Below, one piece after another: positions 26,482 through 38,875 of a stretch of DNA of 64,000 nt (position 1 is the first letter of the stretch; every line of letters starts with the position of its first letter). Source of the stretch: Macrostomum lignano (Eukaryota); contig NIVC01000213.1 of assembly GCA_002269645.1 (NCBI GenBank), positions 44,158 to 108,157 on the forward strand. The letters run 5' to 3'. The notes beneath the pieces are model-generated. The model had not been told where the DNA came from and searched no databases. It was given only the letters and a program-made list of their open reading frames with translations. A program made the translations under genes and the position numbers.

Positions 26482-28805
26482 ATGAAATCTCGCCTTGACT
26501 CTGACTCGGGCGACGCTGGGTTGAAAAAAGTTGACAAGTTGACTTATCGCGGCGTTTTGATTGCCTGTCTGGCCGCGTCGGCCGCCGAGACAACGGCCCA
26601 CGCCATTCCCAGAATGGTGGGCAATCGGCGTGCCTACGTCAAAGTAACCTGGCTTCTACTGTTCCTTCTCTTTCTCGGCCTGTTCACCTCCCAAGCCTAC
26701 AGATTCGTGCAGAAGCTGTACGACATGCCAGAGACCACCACAATCCAGCAGGACTCGGTGGCGATGATCTTCCCGGACTTGTACATCTGCCCTCAGCCCA
26801 TCATGTCGGGCAGCTACGGCCACCTGATCACCAACGAAACCATCGCGCAACTCAACTGGCACATCGACGCCATCACCAAGCAATTCAACTTCACGCCGCA
26901 GACGGACAAGGAGTCGGAGACTTTCATCCGTATGTTGCTGGCCACTTTGCCGTATAAAACTATTAGCGACAGTTTCGGCCACCAGTTCCAGCAGACCATC
27001 TTCTACGACTTGTTCTCGGACGACAAGCCGCTAGAGCTCGCGGCCAACAAGACAGGCTCGTTGTTGAAATTTTACAGTCCTCGAAGTCTCAACTGCTTCC
27101 TGTTCCGGCTGACGGACGCACGGAGGGCCTTCATGAAGGACCCGTGGAACCATCTGACGCTCTATCTGTTCTACGATACGCCAATTGCCGGCCTGTTTCC
27201 AGACAATCCGCTGCTGAAGACGGTGCCGTACGCTCTGATCAAGGAGGGCATCGGCTACCCGCTGTGGGATATCGAGAATGGCATGTCCTACAAGAGCGGC
27301 ATCGCAATGCGGCTTATGCTGGTGCCACCTGGGGAATACCCCACGGACAGCGCCACCAGCATCTTCTTGGAGCCCGGCAACGAGTACTACATCGGCGTGG
27401 AGATGTCCAAACTGCAGATGGACGATGGCATACAGTGCGATAAATCACCTCCCAAGGCCAGAATTGTAAACCCGTACACCCAGGCCACCGAGGAGTACGA
27501 GTACAGCAGCGACCTCTGCTGGATTGAGTCTAAGGAAAACCTGCGGTAATTAATCGATTTACATGTACTAATTTAAAAACTTGTGATGGAGTTCACAATG
27601 GAAGTTTTCAATCCTGAAATAAGTAATAATTATAATTGATTGCACCCGCCCTAATGGGGAGCTGTGCAACCGACAGCTCAGCTGCAGCTATTGCGCGGAG
27701 CATCTGAAGGCTGCGTACGGCTGTTCAGCCCAAGGACTGGGGGGTCACCACACCCAAAATTACCCCAGCTAATGCTGGCACCTATTTTACAGCTGGGTGA
27801 ACTGAAGCAATGCAGAGTTAAGTGTCTTGCTCAAGGACACAAATTGTTCCGAGTGAGTCGAGAATCGAACCCCCGACCTTTAAGTCGTGAGTCCGACGCT
27901 CTAACCTCTACGTTACAATCCCCTGAAAACAAAATGAATTTGGATGATGCCTGATGTTTGAAGGGATAAGAATTCAGGAACTCATTTGCGGAAGTCTTCG
28001 TGCCAAGTTGCAAGACGGGAAATGCTCTCTTCACATTTATCATTCCCACTTCTGATTAAACAGTTTTCAAAACGTGTCCTGCGTTGACCCGAGCGCTCCG
28101 CACCTGGTCAGCTTCAGCAACCGGACCAAGTGCTGGAACTCCAGCCTCTACCTGAACGCCTCGGCGCAGGAGAGACGGCGCTTTCTGCAGGCGAGCCTGG
28201 ACATGAAAAGCAACCATTTCCCGTACGATCTGAGCGCGGTGCAGACTGCTTGCAACCGCAGACGGCCCTGTGATCAGTATGCTTACAGCACGAAAACATT
28301 TTCAAGCAACTGGCCGAATTTCAACGGCTACCAGGATGCCATTTTGAACAGGATGTTTATGGGCATTGCGCAGCAGAAGATGCTATCAATGAGGAATTAT
28401 TCGTTTCCAGCTTATGCAGCTTTCGTGAAGATGTTCGCCGGCCTGATGACGAACAACACGCCAAATGCTGGCGCTCGGATGGCGGCATTCGCCTCGCAGA
28501 TGATGGCCAAGGTGACCATCAAGACGTCTAAGATCGTGGGCCCGACCGTTGTCATCAGCCGGTCTTACACCTTTCTGGACTTCGTGTCAGACGTCGGCGG
28601 TATCATTGGCCTCTACCTGGGCTGCTCGCTCCTGACGCTGTTTGAACTCCTCGAGCTCATCCATGGCGTCCTCGTTAGCCTCCAGCTGTGCCGTCCGCCG
28701 AAAACTTCCAGAGACGATGCCAGTGACGGCGGTCCAACTGCTCAGGCCGTGTCGAACCCTGAGAGTCAAGCAAAGCAACAGCTGCAAGTGATGGAGCTGG
28801 ACTAA
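26482..28805 (+). CDS. DEG/ENaC family channel subunit, 2 exons, about 601 aa
   Basis: Exon 1 26482-27545 (donor CG|GTAATT) and exon 2 28064-28805 (acceptor AAACAG|) join in frame (ENLR-FQNVSC). Motifs: ETTAHAIPR pre-TM1, TM1, FPDLYICP, SLNCFLF, Cys-rich domain, TM2 DFVSDVGGIIGLYLGCSLLTLFE. Confidence 0.92.
27630..27923 (-). mobile_element. tRNA-derived CORE-type SINE in the intron of the second DEG/ENaC gene
   Basis: On the minus strand, a 5' head GGGGATTGTAACGTAGAGGTTAGAGCGTCGGACTCACGA... carries an A-box-like TAACGTAGAGG and a B box GGTTCGATTC. It is followed by CCTTGAGCAAGACACTTAACTCT..CTTCAGTTCACCCAGCTGTAAAATAGG (similar to the MIR/CORE consensus) and an AT-rich tail. The 3' end is approximate. 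Confidence 0.75.
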
Positions 28806-29576
28806 TTACCCTATGCGGCTGGCGGCTTTATAGCCTTATGCACTTTTCTAACCATACCGTAATATCTAACTCAAACTGGACTATTTGAACATCAGAACTC
28901 GCAAGCTGTATGTGAATAATGGTAATATCACTGTCTGCGCACCGCCTAGTTGGCTCAATGCACTACTCGTATAGTCAGTGCAGATCCCCAAATGAGCGAC
29001 ATTGCTCAAGCATACTCAGTACAAGTACGATGGGCCAGTGGGAACCGCCATCTGCTTTCAAATTCCAGCGGATTAGCTAAAACTAAACTGAATGAGCTGC
29101 AAGTGGCTCAGTGGGTGTGGCTTGGGCGGGCCCATGCAAGCCTGTCTGGCTCTTGAGGGGGGGGGCAGCGCTGTGAGGACTCATTGTTGTTTTTGAGTGC
29201 GGCCCACAGCCTCCCGCGACCTGCACTTTCTATCACATGGGAAGAAAGAAGAAAGTTATGGAAAATGGAGAGTCAGACGGGCAGGAATAAAGAACTGAGA
29301 ACAAATTTTCCGGATAGAAAAAGAAATGCCTTTTCATTTTTCCTCCACTAGCTCACTACCTTGCTGATTGTTTGAAAAGCTCGCTTACTTGTCTGACTGG
29401 GTAAAGCAGCCTTTTTTGTAAGATCCATTTGCCATGGCAGCTCATTAGTGAGTTCTTTTGAAAATGGTTAAGCAATCACTAAAAAGAAAAACTTAACTTC
29501 ACTTCTCAAAATTCCACTGTGGCTCTGCTTGTTAGTTGCAGTTCCTTCTCGACTTCCTCGCTTAAACAGCTAGGGA

Positions 29577-29577
29577 A

Positions 29578-29659
<82 letters not shown>

Positions 29660-29779
29660 AGGAGAGCGGAGAGGGGAGAGGGGAGAGCGGAGAGGGGAGA
29701 GAGGAGAGCGGAGAGCGGAAAGGGGAGAGAGGAGAGCGGAGAGTGAAGAGGAGAGAGGGGAGAGCGGAGAGGGGAGAGG

Positions 29780-29876
<97 letters not shown>

Positions 29877-30084
29877 GGGAGAGGGGAGAGGGGAGAGCGG
29901 AGAGAGGAGAGGGGAGAGGGGAGAGGGGAGAGCAGAGAGAGCGGAGAGAGCGGAGAGGGGAGAGGGGAGAGAGGAGAGCGGAGAGTGAAGAGGAGAGAGG
30001 GGAGAGCGGAGAGGGGAGAGGGGAGAGCGGAGAGAGGAGAGCGGAGAGAGGAGAGCGGAGAGAGGAGAGCGGAGAGGGGAGAGG

Positions 30085-30118
<34 letters not shown>

Positions 30119-30168
30119 GGGAGAGCGGAGAAGGAAGAGCGGAGAGGGGAGAGCGGAGAGGGGAGAGG

Positions 30169-30202
<34 letters not shown>

Positions 30203-30259
30203 GGGAGAGCGGAGAGAGGAGAGCGGAGAGGGGAGAGGAGAGAGGGGAGAGGGGAGAGG

Positions 30260-30300
<41 letters not shown>

Positions 30301-30405
30301 GGGAGAGGGGAGAGGGGAGAGGGGAGAGCGGAGAGCGGAGAGGGGAGAGGGGAGAGGGGAGAGCGGAGAGGGGAGAGGGGAGAGCGGAGAGGGGAGAGGG
30401 GAGAG
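29577..30405. repeat. 7-nt purine-rich satellite GGAGAG(C/G)
   Basis: Direct inspection. Confidence 0.97.
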
Positions 30406-30789
30406 TATCAATCACGTATTGAGGAAGCTTTTTCTGATTAAGCAGAGTAAGAATATTTGCTCTGATCTACTTAAGAGTAGTATTATGCTATTTTCTTTTG
30501 GCTTTCTTTAATCAGAGAATCAAATCGCTACTCCGTCTCGGTAACTAAGAACTCTCTTCCTTTCTTCACTTTGACGATAGTTTTATAAATTTGATGGCAT
30601 TCGTTGTGAACTGGATAAAAAACTGTTCTTAAGTTTTCAGTCAATCAATTTAATTGCTAGTTGTTGTTGAAGAGCCACTAGCTAGAACCGGAACACAGTT
30701 TTCCTCGGTTGTTTTTTACCTAACCGCAGCGGCCCTTCAATACATATTTCAGGGGGGGTGGCAGTTTCTACCCTTCCGTCTGTCTAACC

Positions 30790-31190
30790 CCAGACAGTAT
30801 CTAACATAAGCTGTATCTAACACAGTGAGAATCTAACACAGTGAGAATCTAACACGGACAATATCTACTAAAACAGACAATATCTAACATGAGCTGTATC
30901 TAACACAGTGAGTATCTAACGCGGACAATATCTAAAACGGACAATATCTAACAGGGAGATTATTTAACACGGACAATATCTAACAAAGACAGCAATATCT
31001 AACTCAGACAATAGCTAACACGGACAATAGCTAACACGGACAATAGCTAACACGGACAATATCTAACACGGACAATATATATCACGGACAATGGCTAACA
31101 CGGACAATATCTAACACGGACAATAGCTAACACAGACAGTATCTAACATAGACAATATCTAACATGGACAATATCCAACACGGACAAAAT
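30790..31190. repeat. 16-nt degenerate minisatellite AATATCTAACACGGAC
   Basis: Direct inspection. Confidence 0.85.
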
Positions 31191-33584
31191 AAAACGAAGA
31201 TGATTTTTACTATAAAAAATAAGCTTTTCGAAACTTTGAATATTCGAACCTAAATTGGAACCAAAATTTACAAAGCAACGCATTGTTAGAGGCACAAACA
31301 GCTTGGCTGTTAAAAAATGCGGCAGATTAGTTTAGTCTCAGTTCTACGAGCTCCTTTTTCGGCTGCTCTTAGAGAGAAGAGAGATGTGCGCTGGCTTGAA
31401 AATATGCAAAGAAAAACATTGATGGCTTGTAGAGTCACAGAGGGATACCCGGCGGTAGCTGAGGCAGAAATTGAATAGCTATGCTCTAGAAGAAGGCGCA
31501 CGCTCAGGAGCAAAAGTTATATGCAAACTGCGAAAAATTCGGTTCAAGTCTGCAATGCAAAGAGAATAACACAGCCCCTGAGGCTTGGCATCTACACGTC
31601 TCCATCTCTTCATTCTTTGCCTATTTTCAAGAAAAAATGCATCACTAAAAAGGCTGCTGCTTCTGGCATTAAAAAACGAAGACAGAAATCTCAATACGCA
31701 AGTTGCTATGCGGCCTGTCAATGCGATTCGCCTATAATATATGGCCACGTGTGTGTGTGTCTGCCCACCTGTGCAACAATAGCATTGAGAGAAACAAATA
31801 TTTCTTTGCAGAGCGAAGTAAAGAGAAGGCCGGACAAGCAATTAACCCCCACCACCCCAAGCCTTTTTGGCTCTCCTGTGCTGCATGCATGACTGACTGC
31901 TCTCTGCCACCGATTCACTGGCTACTCAATTCTGTCTCATCTCTCATCTCTCGCCCGCCCGCCTTCCTGTCTGCCTGCCGCTTCTGAGAGCCGAGGCCTT
32001 GATGTTGCGCGCACTGACAGGAGGAGACCGCTGAATCGGAGTGAACTCATAATACGCGCATATACAGAGAGTATAGAGGTGGTCTCCAAGGCCTGGTCAG
32101 GGAGGCCTTCAGCAACAAGTCTGGAGCGGCTAAATCCTCTCCCGAACAGACAAGAGACTTAAAGGCTTTTGATTTTTTTTTAAAACTATCGCAGCTTCTG
32201 TTTGGTAAAAATAGGAATTTTTATAAGGCTTGATTGGTCAGTCATATTTGATACTTCAAAATAAAAAAGAGTTACCAGCTACAAGGCGCTGATCTGGCGT
32301 CGGGGGTCCAAATTCAGGATGCCAACAATTAAAGCTGATATGTTTTGACGTACCTAAGGAACAGGAACCTATTATTTACTTAAGTATTTCAGCTCTCAGA
32401 AAAATTTTTTAGAATTCCGTCATATTTTAGCTCAGACACTGAGGATAACTTCAGTGGGCCATGACTCAGAAAAGAAGTTGATGGCACTCCAGATTCAAGT
32501 TTAAGATCTCCCGGGCTTGAGCCCGGCTTGTTACTCAAGCATTTTTTCAACTGAAAATCTTTTGCTCGGAAATATAATTTCGTCTGCTATTGAGCGTAGA
32601 GATGGGTGTTCGAGCTGGGGCAGGCCTCGGCATGGAGACCCAGCTGACGGCGGCTCCAACGCACTGCAAACAATGGAGCAAGAGAGCAGGGGGGCTGCAG
32701 GGCTGGTGGGGGGACTGCTTTGAGCACATAAATAAAAGTGGCTTCAATCCGCTCTCTCACCCCTCCCCCCTCAGCCAGTTCTCTCTCTCTTTGTCAGCCC
32801 TGCGAGTGCGTGCTAGCAGGACGGGGGGTTGCCAGCTCGAACCCAGCCTGAGCAGCCCCCCCCCCCTCGCCCCGTGCTCGGTCGCTACAAATACAAGCGG
32901 CCAGCCCCAGTCCCGTCTTGCTTTCGCTCGCTTCTCTCCAAGCAAGCAACTGCTTTGCGGCGCGTTGCCAGCAACGAAGCATCGTGAGAGGTAATCTAAT
33001 AGATTATCCCTGTGCGCTGGGCGAGCAGGTGTAATGCGCTGAATGACTTAAGCAGCCTCCGTATTGCACCTTCCCCGCCCGACCGTACTCGGATCAGTCG
33101 CCATGGCATCAGCAGCTTCATCATCGTCAGCAGCAGCAGCAGCAGCACGCAGCCAGCCCCAATATTGCTCTTACTGATTCCTCAGTATTATTGTACTCGA
33201 TAATACACTTAAATAGCTAACAAAATGTTTGCAACTGTTAATTACTATCAGACTAATAGAGGCGCAAATTCTTTATTGTGTTCCAATACATTTACATTAA
33301 TATCTTTCTCACCGTTTTAGGACACTTGAATTCTGTGTAAAATATTTTTTCAACAAAATATAAGCTCGTGCATGTATGGAAAATAAAAAAAACAGCTATA
33401 TTACAGTACGAGACGCAGGCGGTCTCATTCATGCAATCGATGAGTTGAGAACTGCAACAGTTATTAACTTGTCAATTTAAGCAAAAAAAGTTCAAGTCTG
33501 CAGTCGAGGCTATCTAGACTGCTTTATAAAATTTCAACTCAGAAAAAATTTCCTCTAAATTATTTGAAGCTTTCAGCAGTCATT

Positions 33585-34968
33585 CAGAGAGTCGCCGCTA
33601 TCCCATGCCTTGTCCTTCAGCAAGTCACCACTATCCCATGCCGTGTCCTTCAGCAAGTCACCACTATCCCATGCCATGTCCTTCAGCAAGTCACCACTAT
33701 CCCATGCCATGTCCTTCAGCAAGTCACCACTATCCCATGCCGTGTCCTTCAGAGAGTCACCACTATCCCATGCCATGTCCTTCAGCAAGTCGCCGCTATC
33801 CCATGCCATGTCCTTCAGCAAGTCACCACTATCCCATGCCATGTCCTTCAGAGAGTCACCACTATCCCATGCCATGTCCTTCAGAGAGTCACCGCTACCC
33901 CATGCCATGTCCTTCAGCAAGTCGCCGCTATCCCATGCCATGTCCTTCAGCAAGTCACCACTATCCCATGCCATGTCCTTCAGAGAGTCACCGCTACCCC
34001 ATGCCATGTCCTTCAGCAAGTCGCCGCTATCCCATGCCATGTCCTTCAGAGAGTCACCGCTACCCCATGCCATGTCCTTCAGCAAGTCACCACTATCCCA
34101 TGCCATGTCCTTCAGAGAGTCACCGCTACCCCATGCCATGTCCTTCAGCAAGTCACCACTATCCCATGCCATGTCCTTCAGCAAGTCACCACTATCCCAT
34201 GCCATGTCCTTCAGCAAGTCACCACTATCCCATGCCATGTCCTTCAGAGAGTCACCACTATCCCATGCCATGTCCTTCAGAGAGTCACCGCTACCCCATG
34301 CCATGTCCTTCAGCAAGTCGCCGCTATCCCATGCCATGTCCTTCAGCAAGTCACCACTATCCCATGCCATGTCCTTCAGAGAGTCACCGCTACCCCATGC
34401 CATGTCCTTCAGCAAGTCGCCGCTATCCCATGCCATGTCCTTCAGAGAGTCACCGCTACCCCATGCCATGTCCTTCAGCAAGTCACCACTATCCCATGCC
34501 ATGTCCTTCAGAGAGTCACCGCTACCCCATGCCATGTCCTTCAGCAAGTCACCACTATCCCATGCCATGTCCTTCAGCAAGTCACCACTATCCCATGCCA
34601 TGTCCTTCAGCAAGTCACCACTATCCCATGCCATGTCCTTCAGCAAGTCACCACTATCCCATGCCATGTCCTTCAGCAAGTCACCACTATCCCATGCCAT
34701 GTCCTTCAGCAAGTCACCACTATCCCATGCCATGTCCTTCAGCAAGTCACCACTATCCCATGCCATGTCCTTCAGCAAGTCACCACTATCCCATGCCATG
34801 TCCTTCAGCAAGTCATCACTATCCCACCATGCCGTGTCCTTCAGAGAGTCACCACTATCCCACCATGCCGTGTCCTTCAGAGAGTCACCACTATCCCACC
34901 ATGCCGTGTCCTTCAGAGAGTCACCACTATCCCACCATGCCGTGTCCTTCAGAGAGTCACCACTACCT
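33585..34968. repeat. 33-nt minisatellite CTTCAGCAAGTCACCACTATCCCATGCCATGTC
   Basis: Direct inspection; about 42 copies. Confidence 0.97.
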
Positions 34969-35629
34969 CATTTTGTGTCGTTCGATGGAGGCCACACCTG
35001 AAGAAGAAATGCCTTTCTAGTTATTTAAAGTCGAAATAATAAAATTCTTAAATTTTAGAATTTTCACCAGTTAAACTTATAACAAATGGTCTGGAAATTC
35101 GGCATATCGTTTATCAAGATTCGATAGTTACAGGAACTATTAATACGCTGAGCAAGTCTGAGCAAAAAACGCAAAAGTACAGACAAAAACAAAATGGAGT
35201 ACAGCTTAAATGATTAATATTATCTAGGCTTGAGGCGAAGAAGAACGAATCGAAATAGGTCATACAAGGTGACTATCTCTGTGAAACAGACTGGAGATAA
35301 CGAATCAAACTTATCTCTCCCGTTTTGAAGAATAGTCTTGGCGCTTCAAATTTATAAATAAACAAAAAAAGTTTGTTGACTCTCTTCGCAGATGATTGAT
35401 GCAAGAGTCTGTCACTCTACTAGAAGTAACATGAATGGCATCGGTCTCTTGAAACTCGCGGCGAGATGCGAGACTGGCGGATGCTTGATTACAGATAACA
35501 GATTACAGATTACAGATTACAGAAATTTTAAGAAATATTAATTAAAAGCATGCATTTAATAAATTTTTTTGATTAATTTCACAGTGCAAAGGCTAAGCAG
35601 AATGAATTACTAAACGCACTATTCAAGAA

Positions 35630-35812
35630 AAACTCAGTGTGTGCCGCTGCCCTCCATTTTAACTTCAGTGTGTGCCGCTGCCCCCCCTCCATTTTAACTT
35701 CAGTGTGTGCCGCTGCTCCCCATTTTAACTTCAGTGTGTGCCGCTGCCCCCCTCCATTTTAACTTCAGTGTGTGCCGCTGCTCCCCATTTTAACTTCAGT
35801 GTGTGCTGATTT
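35630..35812. repeat. About 32-35-nt short array ACTTCAGTGTGTGCCGCTGC..CCATTTTA
   Basis: About 5 copies. Confidence 0.88.
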
Positions 35813-36103
35813 TGTAATCTAATTATAACAAAATATTTTTTAGAGACAAATATAAAATAATATTTGTTTCAGCATTTTTGAACTATTCTAAGTAGGTACG
35901 AGTATAGTATATAGCCGACTTTTTGTAGGTTTAAAGAATCGTTGTCCTAGTCATTTAAAGTGACAGAAAACCAGCACTATCTTCTCGTTTCAACGATTAT
36001 GATAAACACAATGATAGATCTGTTATAGGCGCTAGTGGGAGTGCAGGAAGGGTGGCTATAATTACTAAGCAAACAAATATAAAAATGCACGCATCTATGC
36101 ACT

Positions 36104-37054
36104 TTAGCACCTGTCCATCGCCGGCGGCTGCTGCTCCGCCTCGCTGCCAACAAATTGTACAAACCGTCGTTCCGACCACGCGCTGAGGTCCTCGACGACG
36201 CCGCCGCTGCGCCACGGCAAGCAGACGGAGGCGCCCAGCCCGCAGGCTTGAAAAGCCGCTTTCAGGCCGTAGCAGATGCTGTCGGTGAAGAGGCCGCTGG
36301 GCTGCTCCTCCAGCGCTGGCGGCCGGCCGCCCAGGAGGCTGCGGGCACGCAGGAGGCCCGCCTGCAGCAGCAGGTCCGCGTACACCTCAGCGCACAGGCA
36401 GCTGTAGGCCTCGGCCAGGCTGCGCTCGCTCTGGCGCCGTTTCTGGCGCGACCGACGCGCCGACTGGTTGTTGCGCAATCGGCGAGTCCAATAGGCGTCC
36501 GACTTTTGACTGTCCGGCACTCGACTGGCGGCTCGACGCTTCCGGCATCTGGCAGGCGGCTGGTCATCGGCAGCGACCTTGAGCTCGATTGCCAGCGGCG
36601 CGTCCGAGCCGGTTGACGAGGTGCTCGGATAAGTGAACTGCTGCTGACTAAGCGGCTCAGGTAAATAGTGCCGCATGTCCAGCTGCTGCTGTTGTGGCTG
36701 CTGCGGCGGCGGCGGCGGCGGCTGCTGCTCACTGAATGAGTGACATTGCGGATGAAGAAATACAGCCTGCTGCTGCTGGTGCTGCTGTTGCTGCGGCGGC
36801 GGCGGCGGCGGCGGCGGCTGCTGTTCACTGAACGAATGACATTGCGGATGAAAAAATACAGCCTGCTGCTGCTGCTGCTGGTACTGAGTCGGAGGCTGGC
36901 ATACAGGAATCAATGTTGGCTGGATCTGAATGCTCATCGAACAGGGCAGGAGCTCCTGCTGCTGCAGCTCGAGCAGTGGCGGCGCTGTTTGCTGCTGCAC
37001 TTCTGCGTAAAACAAATGATCCATTTGAGGGAGTGCACTGTGCATATAGATCAA
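36104..37054 (-). CDS. PAR/NFIL3(vrille)/giant-type bZIP transcription factor, single exon
   Basis: VPDSQKSDAYWTRRLRNNQSARRSRQKRR matches the PAR/NFIL3 basic region (VP...KD..YW.RR.KNN.AAKRSR). The N-terminus is Q/P-rich. The true ATG is probably slightly downstream of the ORF-track start. Confidence 0.82.
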   Translation of the reverse strand: MIYMHSALPQMDHLFYAEVQQQTAPPLLELQQQELLPCSMSIQIQPTLIPVCQPPTQYQQQQQQAVFFHPQCHSFSEQQPPPPPPPPQQQQHQQQQAVFLHPQCHSFSEQQPPPPPPQQPQQQQLDMRHYLPEPLSQQQFTYPSTSSTGSDAPLAIELKVAADDQPPARCRKRRAASRVPDSQKSDAYWTRRLRNNQSARRSRQKRRQSERSLAEAYSCLCAEVYADLLLQAGLLRARSLLGGRPPALEEQPSGLFTDSICYGLKAAFQACGLGASVCLPWRSGGVVEDLSAWSERRFVQFVGSEAEQQPPAMDRC

Positions 37055-37489
37055 CGCTTGCAGGATCTACTTTACTTTGCCGTGGAAACTTTTGAGTGTT
37101 GAGTTAGCTCGTAGCTTATGCTTAATCTTCTTAAGTTGCTTCAGGTAGAAGAAGTTGTTAAAGTGGAAAAATCAGTGATGTAAGAGTAACTCACGCGAAG
37201 GACCGTTATGAATCATCCTGACAATGAGCTGCTGAAATTTTCGATCCTATCGCTAAGTTATCGAAAAATTCAGTCCGCAAATCAATCAGAAATTTCTTCG
37301 TAGATACTATACCGGTCGTTGCCGAAACACTCACTAAAAAGATTTATAACACCTGCTGCCGCCGATCAGCCGCTGAATCTGAGATCTTGAGCGAATTACC
37401 GTGCATGGGGGGGGGGTCGGTGAACGGGGGGGGGGTCAGAGTGCCGCGCCCCGACACAAGCCGGCGGCGGCAGAGCACCGCCCACCCCA

Positions 37490-37625
37490 ACCTCCAGCCA
37501 GCCAATCAGAAGCGGGGCGGAAAGTTCGCACGGCCTTCTTGGGGTGGTGGGGCAACCGTCGCTCAGACTCAGCTGAGCTGGCGACTTTCTTATCAGGGGC
37601 GGCATTCAGCCAACGGGAATCTGGG
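37490..37625. promoter_or_regulatory. GC-rich promoter-like region between the divergent bZIP and bHLH genes
   Basis: CCAAT at 37502 and GGGGCGG GC boxes at about 37514 and 37596, roughly 450 bp upstream of the bZIP. A strong plus-strand donor CAG|GTAAGA lies at 37955. Confidence 0.4.
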
Positions 37626-38234
37626 CCCGCTTTTATGACCTACAGTAGTCTATGATTATTTCACACCTTCGTCTGGGGGCTTACCTTATAGTACACAGCG
37701 CTCAATCAGGGCTGATAATTATCTAACCAATTAACTTTGAAGCTAAATAAATAGCTACACCGTTTTATTTATCGGATATAAATTTTACTCTACAAACTTG
37801 ATTTTTTGGTTCACATTTATGACGCCAGAATCGATAGTAATAAAGGACGAGTAGACAATTATTTGTAGCTTTTTCTTCTGATTCAATCTGCATGGCTGAT
37901 TATATCCTTTATATTATTATACACAAGCGTATATGCTAATCATTGCCCGCAGCAGGTAAGAGTCCCCTAATTGATTAATTACACTTGATCAACTTGGCCC
38001 TCATCCGGAAACCGCACTGCACCGAGGGGTCAGATTGTCAAAGCCTTTACTGGATGCTTGATGTATGTATATATAGCCTATATTCAGTAAATGCACTTCT
38101 CTGCTGGTAGTCTGTCATTCGTTTAAAAAATCCACATAACTCCAATTCATTTTTTTAAAAATCGAACGCTTCTTATACTACATTACGAGCTAGAATTACT
38201 ATATACAGTGTAAGGGAAGTTTTGTAAGAGGCAA

Positions 38235-38482
38235 GAGACCAGTCACCGCCTCTATCTTATCCTTCAGTGACCAGTCACCGCCTCCATTTCAGCTTTCAGT
38301 GACCAGTCACCGCCTCCATTTCAGCCTTCAGTGACCAGTCACCGCCTCCATTTCAGCCTTCAGTGACCAGTCACCGCCTCCATTTCATCCTTCAGTGACC
38401 AGTCACCGCCTCCATTTATCCTTCAGTTACCAGTCACCGCCTCCATTTATCCTTCAGTTACCAGTCACCACCTCCATTTCAG
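38235..38482. repeat. 32-nt array CTTCAGTGACCAGTCACCGCCTCCATTTCAGC
   Basis: About 7 copies. Confidence 0.9.
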
Positions 38483-38875
38483 TATCTTTTCCGGACTGTC
38501 ATTGCTAGAACTTTTTAACTAGCGTTGACCATCAGGCAAAGGCGAAGATCAACTCTATACATTCAGGGATCTCCAATTTCAATGGACATCCAATCCAACA
38601 GCCACTAGCTATGGCATTTTGTGAAAATGATACAGATCGTTCAGACACGTGCCATCTCCGCCAGCCTTTTAGCCAATAAAAATTGAGTGCAATCCCAGTT
38701 GCAGAGGCGGCATTCGATGAGTAATAAACTCAAGAGCCGTTAATTGGCTGGCTTAGTTGCTTCCTTCATCTGCTCTCGAGTTTGTTTTCTGCTAAAAAGA
38801 TTTCTCAGAATAACGCAGATCAGAAAGCAACCGAATTTCGACCGAAAGCAGACTTTCCAAGAAACATACGGACAG

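Noticed and set aside
27850-27923. tRNA gene
   Set aside because: A and B boxes are present but the acceptor stem is not closed, and the sequence continues into a CORE-like body, so it is a SINE head.
31300-33210. Short ORFs and a CAG-rich segment suggesting a gene 5' end
   Set aside because: No recognisable domain or consistent exon chain.
33564-35039. Four 410-490 aa ORFs (His/Cys/Pro-rich MPCPSASHHYP and others)
   Set aside because: The 33-nt unit lacks stops in four frames. There is no splice context or unique flanking coding sequence, and no frame is favoured.
17188-38482. Short 31-35 nt repeat arrays as possible CRISPR arrays
   Set aside because: Units are directly adjacent with no unique spacers, no cas genes are present and the context is eukaryotic.
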